Shown: piece after piece, positions 1 through 9,735 of the stretch
How the letters are laid out: every line of letters starts with the position of its first letter
Position numbering within the stretch: position 1 is the stretch's first letter
Sequence record: SRR22947725_3492
Direction: 5' to 3' (one strand)
Length of the DNA stretch: 48,285 nucleotides
The notes under the pieces: generated by a model
Told to the model about the DNA's origin: nothing
The model's database searches: none
Seen by the model: only the letters and a program-made list of their open reading frames with translations
Position numbers and translations under genes: made by a program

Positions 1-5
1 TTTGA

Positions 6-1382
6 ATGATTGGATATTTAGCACTTGCAAGGGAAACCTTTGATGTTGAGTTTGCTGAGTCAAAATTCAGTAACGCCAAGTCACTTTTATTGTCGCTATC
101 TCCCAGTGCAATTGGCTTTAATGAGCTCATTACGAATGATGAAGATGCCAGTAAAGCTTTAGCATTTTTTAAAAGTAACCCCTGTGACAAAATTTTTCTC
201 TTTCAAACAACCTTTACAGACGCTAAATTTCTCTTAAATTTTGCTCAAGAAATCAACAAACCAATTTGCATCGTCTCGTTTCCAGAGCCGAGAACGGGTG
301 GAAGATTAAGGCTCAACTCGATTTGTGGCCTTAACCTGGGTATGCACTCATTAATAAAGAACAGCATTACTCCAGAATTTGTCATCATGGAGTCTGATGA
401 AAAAGTCAATGAGTCCTCATTTCTAGGTTTTATAAGCGGTACAGATGAAGCCAATCAACTGTCTTGGAAAGAGGCAACGATTAGTAACAATCACGCTGAT
501 TTTGATTACATTATTGACAAGCAAACTATAGGAATTATTGGAACTAGACCTGAAGGCTTTGATACCTGTGACTATGACTCCAATGAGGTAACGAGTAAGC
601 TCAATGTGTCTCTAATAGATCTCGAGCTTGAAGACCTTTTTGATGAAGCCAAAGAAGTTGAAGTAGATACTATTCTTAAAACCAAGAGCACTGTTTCAAG
701 TTATCTTCAAGGAACCGAGGATCTCGTTCAAGAAGAATTTGATAAAAGCCTTTCAATCTATCATGGTCTTGAGAGTTTAAAAGATAAGCACAATCTTGAC
801 GCCTTTGCGATACGATGCTGGCCAGAGACTTTCACAGAGTATGGATGCGCTTCATGTGGACCGATGGCAATGATGAATGAAAAAAAAGTAAGCTGCGCTT
901 GTGAGGCAGACGTACTTGGAGGAATTAGCTGCAACATACTTAACCAAATGAATGACAGCCCTTCCCTTCTTGTAGATATTGTTGACGTTGACAAAGCTGA
1001 CAATTCCTTAGTATTTTGGCATTGCGGTTTAGCGCCAATCAGTATGGCAAAAGAAGGTACTGCTAAATCTGGAATTCACTCTAATAGAAGAAAACCCCTG
1101 CTTCATGATTTCAGTCTTAAGGAAGGTGAAATAACTATATTTAGAGTTTCAAAAGCTCGAAACACACTTCAATTTTTCATTATGAAGGGCAAGGTTATTG
1201 ATAGACCAAACTCTTTTTCTGGAACCTCTGGAGTAATTAGTCTGGGTGAGAATAGTCCACAAAAATTAGAGGAAATGTTTAAAGGTGGACTTGAGCACCA
1301 TGTTGCATTTACTTATGGTGATATATCTGATCAATTAATTCATTTTGGTCAGCAAATGAATATACCCACATATACACTATGA
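6..1382 (+). CDS. L-fucose/L-arabinose isomerase-fold protein; probable sulfoquinovose isomerase (SqvD/SftI-like)
   Basis: 458 aa with FucI/AraA-family motifs AIRCWPE, CGPMAMM, ACEADVLG, LVDI, FWHCG and C-terminal EHHV. The SQ role is inferred from the neighbouring genes. A TGA at 3-5 directly precedes the ATG, which suggests the operon continues upstream. Confidence 0.7.
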   Translation: MIGYLALARETFDVEFAESKFSNAKSLLLSLSPSAIGFNELITNDEDASKALAFFKSNPCDKIFLFQTTFTDAKFLLNFAQEINKPICIVSFPEPRTGGRLRLNSICGLNLGMHSLIKNSITPEFVIMESDEKVNESSFLGFISGTDEANQLSWKEATISNNHADFDYIIDKQTIGIIGTRPEGFDTCDYDSNEVTSKLNVSLIDLELEDLFDEAKEVEVDTILKTKSTVSSYLQGTEDLVQEEFDKSLSIYHGLESLKDKHNLDAFAIRCWPETFTEYGCASCGPMAMMNEKKVSCACEADVLGGISCNILNQMNDSPSLLVDIVDVDKADNSLVFWHCGLAPISMAKEGTAKSGIHSNRRKPLLHDFSLKEGEITIFRVSKARNTLQFFIMKGKVIDRPNSFSGTSGVISLGENSPQKLEEMFKGGLEHHVAFTYGDISDQLIHFGQQMNIPTYTL

Positions 1383-2467
1383 CAGAGAAACTAAAATATG
1401 CAATTATTGGCGCAGGATGTATGGGCCAAGAGCACATACTTAATATAGATATTATTGATGATGCTGAGGTTGTTGCATTGTGCGATACTAGTGAAAAATC
1501 TATCAATGAATCTCTTGACTTACTTAATAATGATGTTGCTATTTTTGATAATTACATTGACCTTGTAGAGGCCAACATTGCAGATGCATTTATCATTGCA
1601 ACACCCAACTTTACTCACATTGAAGTTTTGAAAGAAGTAATGAAATCAGAAGCTCATCTTCTGATAGAAAAGCCTCTCTGTACAACTGTTAAGGACTGTC
1701 AAGAATTTGAAAAATTGGCAGTAGACTATCCGGGTGTTATTTGGACTGCGATGGAATATCGCTATATGCCACCTGTCCAAAGAATGATTAAAGAGATTCA
1801 TAACAAAACTATCGGTGATTTAAAAATGCTCTCTATTCGTGAGCACCGCTTTCCATTTCTTCATAAAGTTGATGACTGGAACCGCTTCGCTATAAAGACT
1901 GGGGGTACTCTGGTTGAAAAGTGTTGCCACTTTTTTGACCTAATGAGACTGATTGCTCAAAGTGAACCTCTAAAAGTTTATGCAAGTGGTGGCCAAGATG
2001 TTAACCATCTAGAAGAAACCTATGACGGAGAAACGCCTGATATTCTTGATAATGCGTTTGTCATTGTTGACTTTGAGAATGGAGTCAGAGCATTCCTAGA
2101 CTTGTGTATGTTTGCAGAAAACTCTGACTATCAAGAGGAGTTGTGCGCGGTTGGATCTTTAGGAAAAGTAGAAACTGAAGTGCCATCAAATTCCTCCGGA
2201 ATAACAAACTCAGACATCAGAATTGGACTCAGGGAAAATCAAACTGCACTCAAAGAAAACATAACTGTAGATGCTAAAATCCATCAGGCAGGACACCATC
2301 ATGGCTCAACATACTATGAACACACCTCGTTCATCAGCGCTATTCGCAATAACACCAAACCAGAAGTCTCGCTCAACGATGGCCTGATTGCTGTTGCAAT
2401 TGGTGAGGCCGCAGAAATCTCTATCAAAGAAGGGAGGGTTGTCCAGATGAGTGAATTTAACCTCTAG
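1379..2467 (+). CDS. sqgA: Gfo/Idh/MocA-family oxidoreductase; probable NAD+-dependent sulfoquinovosidase (GH188)
   Basis: Rossmann motif IIGAGCMG, ATPNFTH and EKP. It also has EYRY, REHRFPFLHKV (R-x3-L-x-K, with the Arg 30 residues after the Tyr) and C-terminal HHHGST, matching my recollection of the GH188 catalytic and sulfonate-binding residues. ATGA overlap with the upstream gene. Confidence 0.75.
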   Translation: MTEKLKYAIIGAGCMGQEHILNIDIIDDAEVVALCDTSEKSINESLDLLNNDVAIFDNYIDLVEANIADAFIIATPNFTHIEVLKEVMKSEAHLLIEKPLCTTVKDCQEFEKLAVDYPGVIWTAMEYRYMPPVQRMIKEIHNKTIGDLKMLSIREHRFPFLHKVDDWNRFAIKTGGTLVEKCCHFFDLMRLIAQSEPLKVYASGGQDVNHLEETYDGETPDILDNAFVIVDFENGVRAFLDLCMFAENSDYQEELCAVGSLGKVETEVPSNSSGITNSDIRIGLRENQTALKENITVDAKIHQAGHHHGSTYYEHTSFISAIRNNTKPEVSLNDGLIAVAIGEAAEISIKEGRVVQMSEFNL

Positions 2468-2503
2468 CAACACCAGCCACCTATTTTCATTACAATTGAC
2501 CCC

Positions 2504-3409
2504 ATGATTACTTGCGTTGGCCCTATTTTTCTAGACAGAGTTGTCAAAATTGATCGCTTTCCTGAAAAGCCAATCAAAATGGTAGCAAATGGACTTGAGA
2601 AGCGCCTCGGTGGGCCCTCTCCTGTTGCGAGCTTTGCGATTAAATCTCTTGGTGGCAATGCTGAATTTATTGGTAGATTTGGGAGTGACGATGCTGCTGA
2701 TTTTTTAAAGTCAGAGTTTATTAAGTCTGGTATCTCAACTCTTAAATCCATCATAGTTCAAGATGCTCAAACATCACAAAGCCACATCTTTGAAGATAAA
2801 AAAGGCGAAAGAATGCTGGCTGTCTTCAATGAAGATAAGCTCATCAATGAAAAAACGATGCCTATTTTTGATTTTTCCATTGGACAATCTTATCTTGTGG
2901 ACACCAACTGGATTGAAGCAGCCCATTACGTTGCAGTTCATTGTCAAAATAATAAGCTCAATTGTGTTGTTGATCTTGATAATTTCTCTAATAGCACTCT
3001 TCTTGAAGAGGTAGTTAATCTCTCGTCCCATCCAATTTTTTCTGAAATTGGCTTGAATCGATACACAAACAATAAACCCATCATTGATGCACTAAAAAGT
3101 CTCTATCAAAGTAACCCAAAATTTTATGCGGTAACCCTAGGATCTAAAGGCGTTTATTGGATCGACAATGGAGAAATTTTTCATTGTGACTCGCCTCTCG
3201 TTGAAGTAAAAGAAACGAATGGCGCTGGAGATGTTTTTCATGGCGCTTTTGCTCATTTCATTACTACTAAACCCATACAAGAGGCAATCGAACTTGCAAC
3301 AGCCACAGCATCCCTAAAGTGCACAATGATTGGCGGCATTAATAATCTACCCAACTCTAAAGACGTGGTAGAGTTTTCAAACCAATTACAACCTTCTAGA
3401 AAAATTTAA
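2504..3409 (+). CDS. yihV: PfkB-family kinase, sulfofructose kinase (YihV)-like
   Basis: PfkB motifs GGP, FIGRFGSD and ETNGAGDVFHGA. Colinear with E. coli YihV as I recall it (CVG..LDR, SQS....D.KGER, LS.H..FSE.GL, LKCT..GG). Confidence 0.7.
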   Translation: MITCVGPIFLDRVVKIDRFPEKPIKMVANGLEKRLGGPSPVASFAIKSLGGNAEFIGRFGSDDAADFLKSEFIKSGISTLKSIIVQDAQTSQSHIFEDKKGERMLAVFNEDKLINEKTMPIFDFSIGQSYLVDTNWIEAAHYVAVHCQNNKLNCVVDLDNFSNSTLLEEVVNLSSHPIFSEIGLNRYTNNKPIIDALKSLYQSNPKFYAVTLGSKGVYWIDNGEIFHCDSPLVEVKETNGAGDVFHGAFAHFITTKPIQEAIELATATASLKCTMIGGINNLPNSKDVVEFSNQLQPSRKI

Positions 3410-3410
3410 A

Positions 3411-4337
3411 ATGAAAAAAGTACTCATAACAGAATTCATGGAACAGGACAGTGTTGACAAAATGTCTAAACATTTTGAAGTCACTTATGATACAAACCTT
3501 CACGAGAATCTTGATAATTTAAGTTCTCTAATAGTGGATACAGATGCTGTCATTGTTCGAAATAAGACTCAGCTTAATGAAGCCCTACTGGCTAATGCAA
3601 AAAACTTGAGGTTTGTTGGAAGGCTTGGCGTTGGTTTAGATAATATTGACACTGAGTTCTGCTCTAATAACAATATCTTAGTGCAGCCAGCTTCAGGTAT
3701 GAATGCAGATTCTGTTGCTGAATACGTCATCACATGCGCCCTTTCTCTATTAAAAAATATCCCAATTGCAGACAGTGGCACCTCGTCGGGTCAATGGCCT
3801 AGAACCTCGATCGAGTCAAGGGAGCTAGGTGGAAAAACTCTTGGGCTAATCGGCTTTGGTGTAATCGGTAAAAAAGTATCTAAATTAGCTCAAGCTTTTG
3901 GAGCAGAGGTAATTGCCTATGACCCTTTTGTCTCTCAAGCGGATGCTCAAGAGCATCAAGTTTCATTAGTTAAGCAGGATGAGCTTTATACTCTTTCGGA
4001 TGTCATTTCGATTCACCTCCCACTAACCGATGAGACAAGCGATTTAATTAATGGAGATGCTTTTAATTTAATGAGAAAAAGTCCAATCATCATTAATTCA
4101 TCTAGAGGAACAATTGTCAACGAGGGTGACTTACTAGCAGCCTATCATGAAAATGTAATTAGTGGCTTTGCGCTCGATGTTTATAGCTCAGAACCAGTTA
4201 AAGCCGAATTCTATGATGAAATCTCTAGCTCAATGAACTGCATCCTTACTCCTCACACTTCGGGAGTTACATCTGAGTCCAACGTTAGGGTCAGTCAATT
4301 TATTGCTGAAAAGACGATTAGCTTTCTAGAAAATTAA
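3411..4337 (+). CDS. slcC: D-2-hydroxyacid dehydrogenase; probable (S)-sulfolactate dehydrogenase
   Basis: N-terminal [37 protein letters not shown] and [16 protein letters not shown], which are typical of the SlcC clade. At 308 aa it has no SerA ACT domain. Confidence 0.7.
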   Translation: MKKVLITEFMEQDSVDKMSKHFEVTYDTNLHENLDNLSSLIVDTDAVIVRNKTQLNEALLANAKNLRFVGRLGVGLDNIDTEFCSNNNILVQPASGMNADSVAEYVITCALSLLKNIPIADSGTSSGQWPRTSIESRELGGKTLGLIGFGVIGKKVSKLAQAFGAEVIAYDPFVSQADAQEHQVSLVKQDELYTLSDVISIHLPLTDETSDLINGDAFNLMRKSPIIINSSRGTIVNEGDLLAAYHENVISGFALDVYSSEPVKAEFYDEISSSMNCILTPHTSGVTSESNVRVSQFIAEKTISFLEN

Positions 4338-5833
4338 CGATTAGACAAAGTTCGCTTGACTGCTTCCTTCCATCCAGCGAGTTTTTTATCTCTTTCGTTG
4401 TCTGACATCTTAGAATTAAACTGACTCTCAGATTTCCATGATTTAGCAAAATCCTCCATGGCTGGGTAAAAACCGATTTGCATACCTGCCAAATAAGCAG
4501 CTCCAAGTGCAGTTGTCTCCAAGTTCTTTGGTCTATCAACAGGGAGCTGAAGTAAATCTGAAAGCGTTTGCATTGTCCAGTTTGAAGCCGCCATACCTCC
4601 ATCCACTCTAATTGCACTCAGCTTATGATCACCTAGATCTTTGGAAATTGCATTAAGCAGGTCTGAGGTTTGGTAGCAAACTGACTCAAGTGTAGCTTTT
4701 GTAATTTCAGCTGGCCCGGTACTCCTCGTTATACCGTAAAGAGCTCCGCGGCAATCTGGATCCCAATAAGGCGCTCCAAGTCCAACGAAAGCTGGAACAA
4801 GATAAACGTCTTGAGATAAATCTGCTTGCATTGCTAAGGAGTCAGACTGATCAGCTGATTCTATGATTTGGAGTCCGTCTCTAAGCCATTGGACGGCAGC
4901 GCCAGCTACAAATATTGAGCCTTCTAGGGCGAAGCACGTTTTGCTATTAACTTGGAAAGCTAGGGTAGTCAGCAACTTGTTATTAGATTTTATCGGCTTA
5001 TCGCCTGTATTTATCAATACAAAGCAACCCGTTCCATACGTAGACTTGACCATTCCTGGCTCAAAACATGCCTGACCAACAAGGGCAGAGGGCTGATCAC
5101 CTATCATAGCTGAAATAGGAATTTCAGCTCCAAAAATTGATTTATGGGCCATAGCAAAACTTGCTGCATTGTCGTTTACCTGAGGAAGCATTGTGGCAGG
5201 GACATTAAAGAGCTCTAGCATATCCTTATCCCATTGGCCTTCATGAATATTGTACAAGAGCGTTCGACAGGCATTCGTCGCGTCAGTTGAATGGACCTCT
5301 TGATTGCTTAATCGCCAAAGCAGAAAACTGTCAATTGTTCCAAAGAGTAACTCCCCATCATTCGCTTTTTTTCTGGCTCCCTCAACGTTATCTAAAATCC
5401 AGGCTATTTTAGTGCCACAAAAATAAGGGTCAAGCAGAAGACCCGTTTTATTAGTGACAAGATCCTCGTGTCCAAGATCCCGTAATTTTTGACAATGATC
5501 TGACGTCCTACGATCTTGCCATACAATGGCATTATAGATCGCTTTACCTGTCTTCTTATCCCATACGACTGTGGTTTCTCTTTGGTTAGTGATGCCTATT
5601 GCTGCAATCTGAGCGGGGTCAATTTTTGCTTTTTTAATAGCACTTTTGCAGCTCTCAAGCGTTGATTCCCAAATCTCTTCAGGATCATGCTCAACCCATC
5701 CTGAATCAGGAAAAATTTGTGTAAATTCTTTCTGACCAATTCCAGCTATTTCATAGTTACTGTCAAACAGTACTCCCCTAGATGAAGTTGTTCCTTGATC
5801 GATAGATAAGATATATTTTTTAGGCTCGCTCAT
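4334..5833 (-). CDS. glpK: Glycerol kinase
   Basis: [41 protein letters not shown] and [12 protein letters not shown]. Start moved to the ATG at 5833 ([10 protein letters not shown], 499 aa). The stop codon overlaps the slcC stop (TTAA at 4334-4337). Confidence 0.97.
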   Translation of the reverse strand: MSEPKKYILSIDQGTTSSRGVLFDSNYEIAGIGQKEFTQIFPDSGWVEHDPEEIWESTLESCKSAIKKAKIDPAQIAAIGITNQRETTVVWDKKTGKAIYNAIVWQDRRTSDHCQKLRDLGHEDLVTNKTGLLLDPYFCGTKIAWILDNVEGARKKANDGELLFGTIDSFLLWRLSNQEVHSTDATNACRTLLYNIHEGQWDKDMLELFNVPATMLPQVNDNAASFAMAHKSIFGAEIPISAMIGDQPSALVGQACFEPGMVKSTYGTGCFVLINTGDKPIKSNNKLLTTLAFQVNSKTCFALEGSIFVAGAAVQWLRDGLQIIESADQSDSLAMQADLSQDVYLVPAFVGLGAPYWDPDCRGALYGITRSTGPAEITKATLESVCYQTSDLLNAISKDLGDHKLSAIRVDGGMAASNWTMQTLSDLLQLPVDRPKNLETTALGAAYLAGMQIGFYPAMEDFAKSWKSESQFNSKMSDNERDKKLAGWKEAVKRTLSNR

Positions 5834-5840
5834 TCTACTT

Positions 5841-5855
5841 TTCCATATAATGGAA
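5841..5855. promoter_or_regulatory. Palindromic operator TTCCAT-N3-ATGGAA (putative IclR site) between glpK and the IclR gene
   Basis: TTCCATATAATGGAA lies 7 bp upstream of the glpK ATG. A near-identical copy is at 19891-19905. Confidence 0.7.
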
Positions 5856-5955
5856 CTAGGTTTTACTATTGTAAACTTAATCAAAAACAGTATACATTAT
5901 CTGATAAAATTTAACTCAATAATGAGCATTTAAAAATTAATCAAAAGATTATATT

Positions 5956-6747
5956 ATGACTATTGAAAAGAGAGGAGATGGAACGGTTGGTAAGGCACTA
6001 GATGTTTTAAGTGAAGTGGCTGAGATTGGCTCTCCCGTTAGATTTTCTAGCCTACTTAAAACTAGCAAATATCCAAAAGCAACTCTTTACAGACTTCTCC
6101 AAACGCTTCTTAATCAGGACATGCTCAGCTACAACGAAGAAGAGCAAACCTATAAATTAGGTCTAAAGCTGGTCAGAATGGCTCATTCTGCCTGGATGCA
6201 AAGCTCATTAGCACCAATTGCGGTGCCATTTATTGATGAACTCTCCGCCAAAGTGGGTGAAACCGTTCACCTAGCTGAACTCGACAACGGTCAAGTTTTA
6301 TATGTTGATAAGCGAAATCCTAGCTCATCGATTGAAATGTACTCACAGGCAGGCAAAGTTGGTCCTGCTTACTGTACGGGTGTAGGTAAGGCAATGATGG
6401 CTTTTTTAGAGGAGTCTGAACTTAGCAAAGTTATTTCTAAGCAAGCTTTCTTCAAGTATACAGATCACACAATTACCTCAGAGAAAGCCCTTAGAAAGGA
6501 GTTGACTATGATCAAAAAAGAAGGGATATCATTTGATCGTCAGGAGCATGAGGAAAAAATTATCTGTATCTCCTCTCCTATCCTTACATCCAATGGAAGG
6601 GTAATTGGGGGTCTCTCTATCACAAGCTCAACTGATATTCACAGTCTAGAAAGTCTTGAAAAATATAAACCTGAATTACTGGCAACTTCAGAGCAAATTG
6701 GCAAAGAGGCAGGCGCCTGGAGTTTCCCAGAAAAATCAATTAATTAA
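5956..6747 (+). CDS. IclR-family transcriptional regulator
   Basis: N-terminal HTH (GTVGKALDVL...PKATLYRLLQTL), GETVHLA, PAYCTGVGKAMMA and DRQEHE. Confidence 0.95.
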   Translation: MTIEKRGDGTVGKALDVLSEVAEIGSPVRFSSLLKTSKYPKATLYRLLQTLLNQDMLSYNEEEQTYKLGLKLVRMAHSAWMQSSLAPIAVPFIDELSAKVGETVHLAELDNGQVLYVDKRNPSSSIEMYSQAGKVGPAYCTGVGKAMMAFLEESELSKVISKQAFFKYTDHTITSEKALRKELTMIKKEGISFDRQEHEEKIICISSPILTSNGRVIGGLSITSSTDIHSLESLEKYKPELLATSEQIGKEAGAWSFPEKSIN

Positions 6748-6758
6748 TATAAATTACT

Positions 6759-7817
6759 ATGGCATCATTAAAGATAAAAAACGCAACAAAGAAATATGAT
6801 GATTTAGAGGTTATTCATGGCATCGATTTAGATATTCAGGATGGTGAATTTTGTGTTTTTGTTGGACCATCAGGTTGTGGTAAATCCACCTTACTGAGAA
6901 TGATATCTGGACTAGAGGATGTAACTAGTGGTGCAATTCATATTGGTGAAAAGAATGTCACCTCCATGCACCCCGCCGATAGAGGGATTGCTATGGTGTT
7001 TCAGTCTTACGCACTTTATCCTCACATGACAGTCAGAGAAAATATGGGATTTGGACTTAAGATGTCCAAGGTGCCTTCAAATGAAATTGATCAAAAAGTT
7101 AATGAGGCTGCGAGTATTCTTCATCTAGAGGAGTACCTAGACAGAAAACCTAAAACCTTGTCAGGTGGGCAAAGACAAAGAGTTGCCATTGGCAGATCAA
7201 TTGTTAGAGGCCCTGAAGTGTTTTTATTTGATGAACCTTTATCGAACCTTGATGCAGAGCTTAGAGTAGAAATGCGTGTTGAAATTTCGCGACTGCATCG
7301 TGAGCTTGGAACGACCATCATTTATGTCACCCATGATCAGGTTGAGGCGATGACATTAGCAGACAAGATAGTCGTCCTTAAGGATGGACTCATTCAACAA
7401 GTAGGTTCACCCTTATCTCTGTATGATGACCCAGAAAATGTTTTTGTTGCAGGGTTTATTGGTTCGCCAACTATCAACTTCGTCCAGGGCAGAGTTAACG
7501 GTGCAAAAATTATAGTTCCTAGCCTAGAGTCACTCAAACTGAATACTCCTAAAGATATAGATTCAAATCAATCAGAGCTATTAATTGGATTAAGACCTCA
7601 ACACATTCAGATTTCAGGTTCGGGCGATCTTGAAGTTGAATTTACTGAGGCTCTAGGTGATGTCTCTTACTTATATCTTAAAACTCCAAACGGAGAAAGA
7701 ATTGTTGTCGAATCAAGGGACGATAAATTACCGGAAACAGCTGCAAAAGTTGGTATCAAGGTCGACACTTCAAGAGCTTTATTATTTGACCCTACAAGTG
7801 AACTCAGAGTCAGATAA
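6759..7817 (+). CDS. Sugar ABC transporter ATP-binding protein (MalK/MsmK type)
   Basis: Walker [52 protein letters not shown] and a C-terminal TOBE-like domain. Confidence 0.96.
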   Translation: MASLKIKNATKKYDDLEVIHGIDLDIQDGEFCVFVGPSGCGKSTLLRMISGLEDVTSGAIHIGEKNVTSMHPADRGIAMVFQSYALYPHMTVRENMGFGLKMSKVPSNEIDQKVNEAASILHLEEYLDRKPKTLSGGQRQRVAIGRSIVRGPEVFLFDEPLSNLDAELRVEMRVEISRLHRELGTTIIYVTHDQVEAMTLADKIVVLKDGLIQQVGSPLSLYDDPENVFVAGFIGSPTINFVQGRVNGAKIIVPSLESLKLNTPKDIDSNQSELLIGLRPQHIQISGSGDLEVEFTEALGDVSYLYLKTPNGERIVVESRDDKLPETAAKVGIKVDTSRALLFDPTSELRVR

Positions 7818-7820
7818 AAA

Positions 7821-9728
7821 CTACCCTTTGATTGACTCCCATATAACACCAGATGGCGGAATACAGACTGAGCCCACATTACACTCTTGATTACTGTAGT
7901 TAAACCAAAATCGATGCGTTAAGGTTTCGCGAACCCTGACACAGCCCTCTAATTCTGTTGTTGCAATATCTTTTGATTCGCAAACTCTAGAAAAAATCAT
8001 TTTTAAAGTCATCTGGTCTGCCCATCCAGCAATATAGATATTTTTTTCATGCCCAACAACAGCAGCCCTTCCATCTTCCGTCTCTTCAATGATGTTATCG
8101 TAATCGATTAATGTCTCCATCCAAGTTTTAAAGCTTCCAAGACCTTTAATTGAAATAAAAGCATTCGGTCGAAGTGTTTCAGCGCTTGCAACTGTAGCCT
8201 TGACTCCTGGAACAATGGGTGGAAGTTGAGAAGGAATAGACATATTAATGGTTTTTGAGCCAGCCCTTGGACCTGATATAAGGACGCCTTCAAATGACTC
8301 AATGGCATCTTCTAATTCTCTACTAACATGCATTAAACCAGGCATAAGAACAACTTTATAGCCATTGAGATCACTCTGATTTGGAGGCAAAATATCCACT
8401 GAAAGGCCAAGACTTCTCAGGGCCCTGTAATTATCATAGACTAGTTCAAAATAGTCGAAGCCTTTGCCTTGAGGTTGAATCTCCCAAGCCCAACAGCTTT
8501 CGTAGTCAAAAATAAGTGCGATCTTAGATTGAACTTGCTCAATATCTTTAAACTCTTTTAATTCAGAAGACACTTGAGAGGCTTGAGTGATTCCTGGGGC
8601 ATTTTCGCCATTAGGTCTTTGTAGGCCAGCATGCATCTGCTCTTGAGCAAAAGGTGCTTGGCGCCATCGAAAGTAACTGACCACCTCTGCGCCATGAGCA
8701 ATTGCCTCCCATGACCAAAGCCGAACAACACCAGGAGCTGGCTCAGGATTATATGGCGCCCAATTCACTGGGCCAGGCTGTTGCTCCATTACCCACCATC
8801 GACCTTGTCCAACGGTCCTATATAAATCATGATGAAAGGCCTGAAAATCAGGATCTCCATGGCGCATAAATCTGAGTTTAAATTCGTCATCTTGAGTTGA
8901 ACGGTCCTCTAGAAAACCTAATGGATAGCTATCCCAGCTAGCTATATCTAGGTCTTTACCAACATCGTAGTGATTAAAGTCTGTAATTCGACCCATGTAA
9001 TTATGAATGAGAGGCATTTTTGTATACTGCCTCATAACTGACGCCTGACTTCGATTGAAGTTTACAACTTGGTCAGAACTAAACCTTTTAAAGTCAAGTT
9101 CATGGATTGGGTTAGGGTCTGTGACGGTCAAATTTGGAAGCCCAACCTGATCGAAACTATTATATTCCATGGACCAAAAAATGTTTTTCCACGCTTTATT
9201 AAGCTGGTCAATTGATTCATATTTCTTGGCAATCCAATTCCTGAAGGCTTTTAGTGCTGATGGACTATATGATAGAGTAGTCTCGTGACAGCCATATTCA
9301 TTATCTAACTGCCAGGCTTTGATGAAGGGGTTATTCCCATAACGCTCTGCAACGGCTTTTGAAATTCTGAGAGATTCTTCAAGGTAGCCTTCATGAGAGA
9401 AACAGTAATGCCTCCTTGATCCAAACTGACGAGACCTTCCTTCTTCATCAACAAGAAGCATGTCAGGCCATTTATCAACAACCCATCTTGGAGGAGCAGC
9501 TGTTGGCGTGCTCATCACTATATTAAGACCCACATTTCCAAGAATAGAGATAGCGCGATCAAGCCAATCAAAGTTTTGAACGCCTTGTTCTGGCTCTAAA
9601 CGGCTCCATGCAAATTCACCGATTCGAACCCAGGATAAGCCAGCAGCAACCATTTCTTCAGCATCCTTTTGCCACAGTTCTTCTGGCCAGTGCTCAGGAT
9701 AATAACAACTTCCTAGTTTAGGTTTCAT
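7821..9728 (-). CDS. Beta-galactosidase, glycoside hydrolase family 42
   Basis: LGSCYYPEHWP, VRIGEFAWSRLEP, FGSRRHYC, WQLDNEYGCH (acid/base), WVMEQQPGPVNW (nucleophile) and YFRWRQ. Confidence 0.95.
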   Translation of the reverse strand: MKPKLGSCYYPEHWPEELWQKDAEEMVAAGLSWVRIGEFAWSRLEPEQGVQNFDWLDRAISILGNVGLNIVMSTPTAAPPRWVVDKWPDMLLVDEEGRSRQFGSRRHYCFSHEGYLEESLRISKAVAERYGNNPFIKAWQLDNEYGCHETTLSYSPSALKAFRNWIAKKYESIDQLNKAWKNIFWSMEYNSFDQVGLPNLTVTDPNPIHELDFKRFSSDQVVNFNRSQASVMRQYTKMPLIHNYMGRITDFNHYDVGKDLDIASWDSYPLGFLEDRSTQDDEFKLRFMRHGDPDFQAFHHDLYRTVGQGRWWVMEQQPGPVNWAPYNPEPAPGVVRLWSWEAIAHGAEVVSYFRWRQAPFAQEQMHAGLQRPNGENAPGITQASQVSSELKEFKDIEQVQSKIALIFDYESCWAWEIQPQGKGFDYFELVYDNYRALRSLGLSVDILPPNQSDLNGYKVVLMPGLMHVSRELEDAIESFEGVLISGPRAGSKTINMSIPSQLPPIVPGVKATVASAETLRPNAFISIKGLGSFKTWMETLIDYDNIIEETEDGRAAVVGHEKNIYIAGWADQMTLKMIFSRVCESKDIATTELEGCVRVRETLTHRFWFNYSNQECNVGSVCIPPSGVIWESIKG

Positions 9729-9735
9729 GACAGCC

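Noticed and set aside
1379-2467. Annotation as inositol 2-dehydrogenase (iolG)
   Set aside because: No other iol genes are present in the window, and the protein has GH188-like motifs.
3411-4337. Annotation as serA (phosphoglycerate dehydrogenase)
   Set aside because: There is no ACT domain, and the ITEFM and GVT.ESN.RVS motifs plus the gene context favour SlcC.
5834-5884. N-terminal extension of glpK in the ORF track, and similar extensions for the permease (26829-26906) and uraD (38107-38178)
   Set aside because: The extensions precede the family-conserved N-termini and overlap an operator or the upstream gene. The downstream ATGs fit better.
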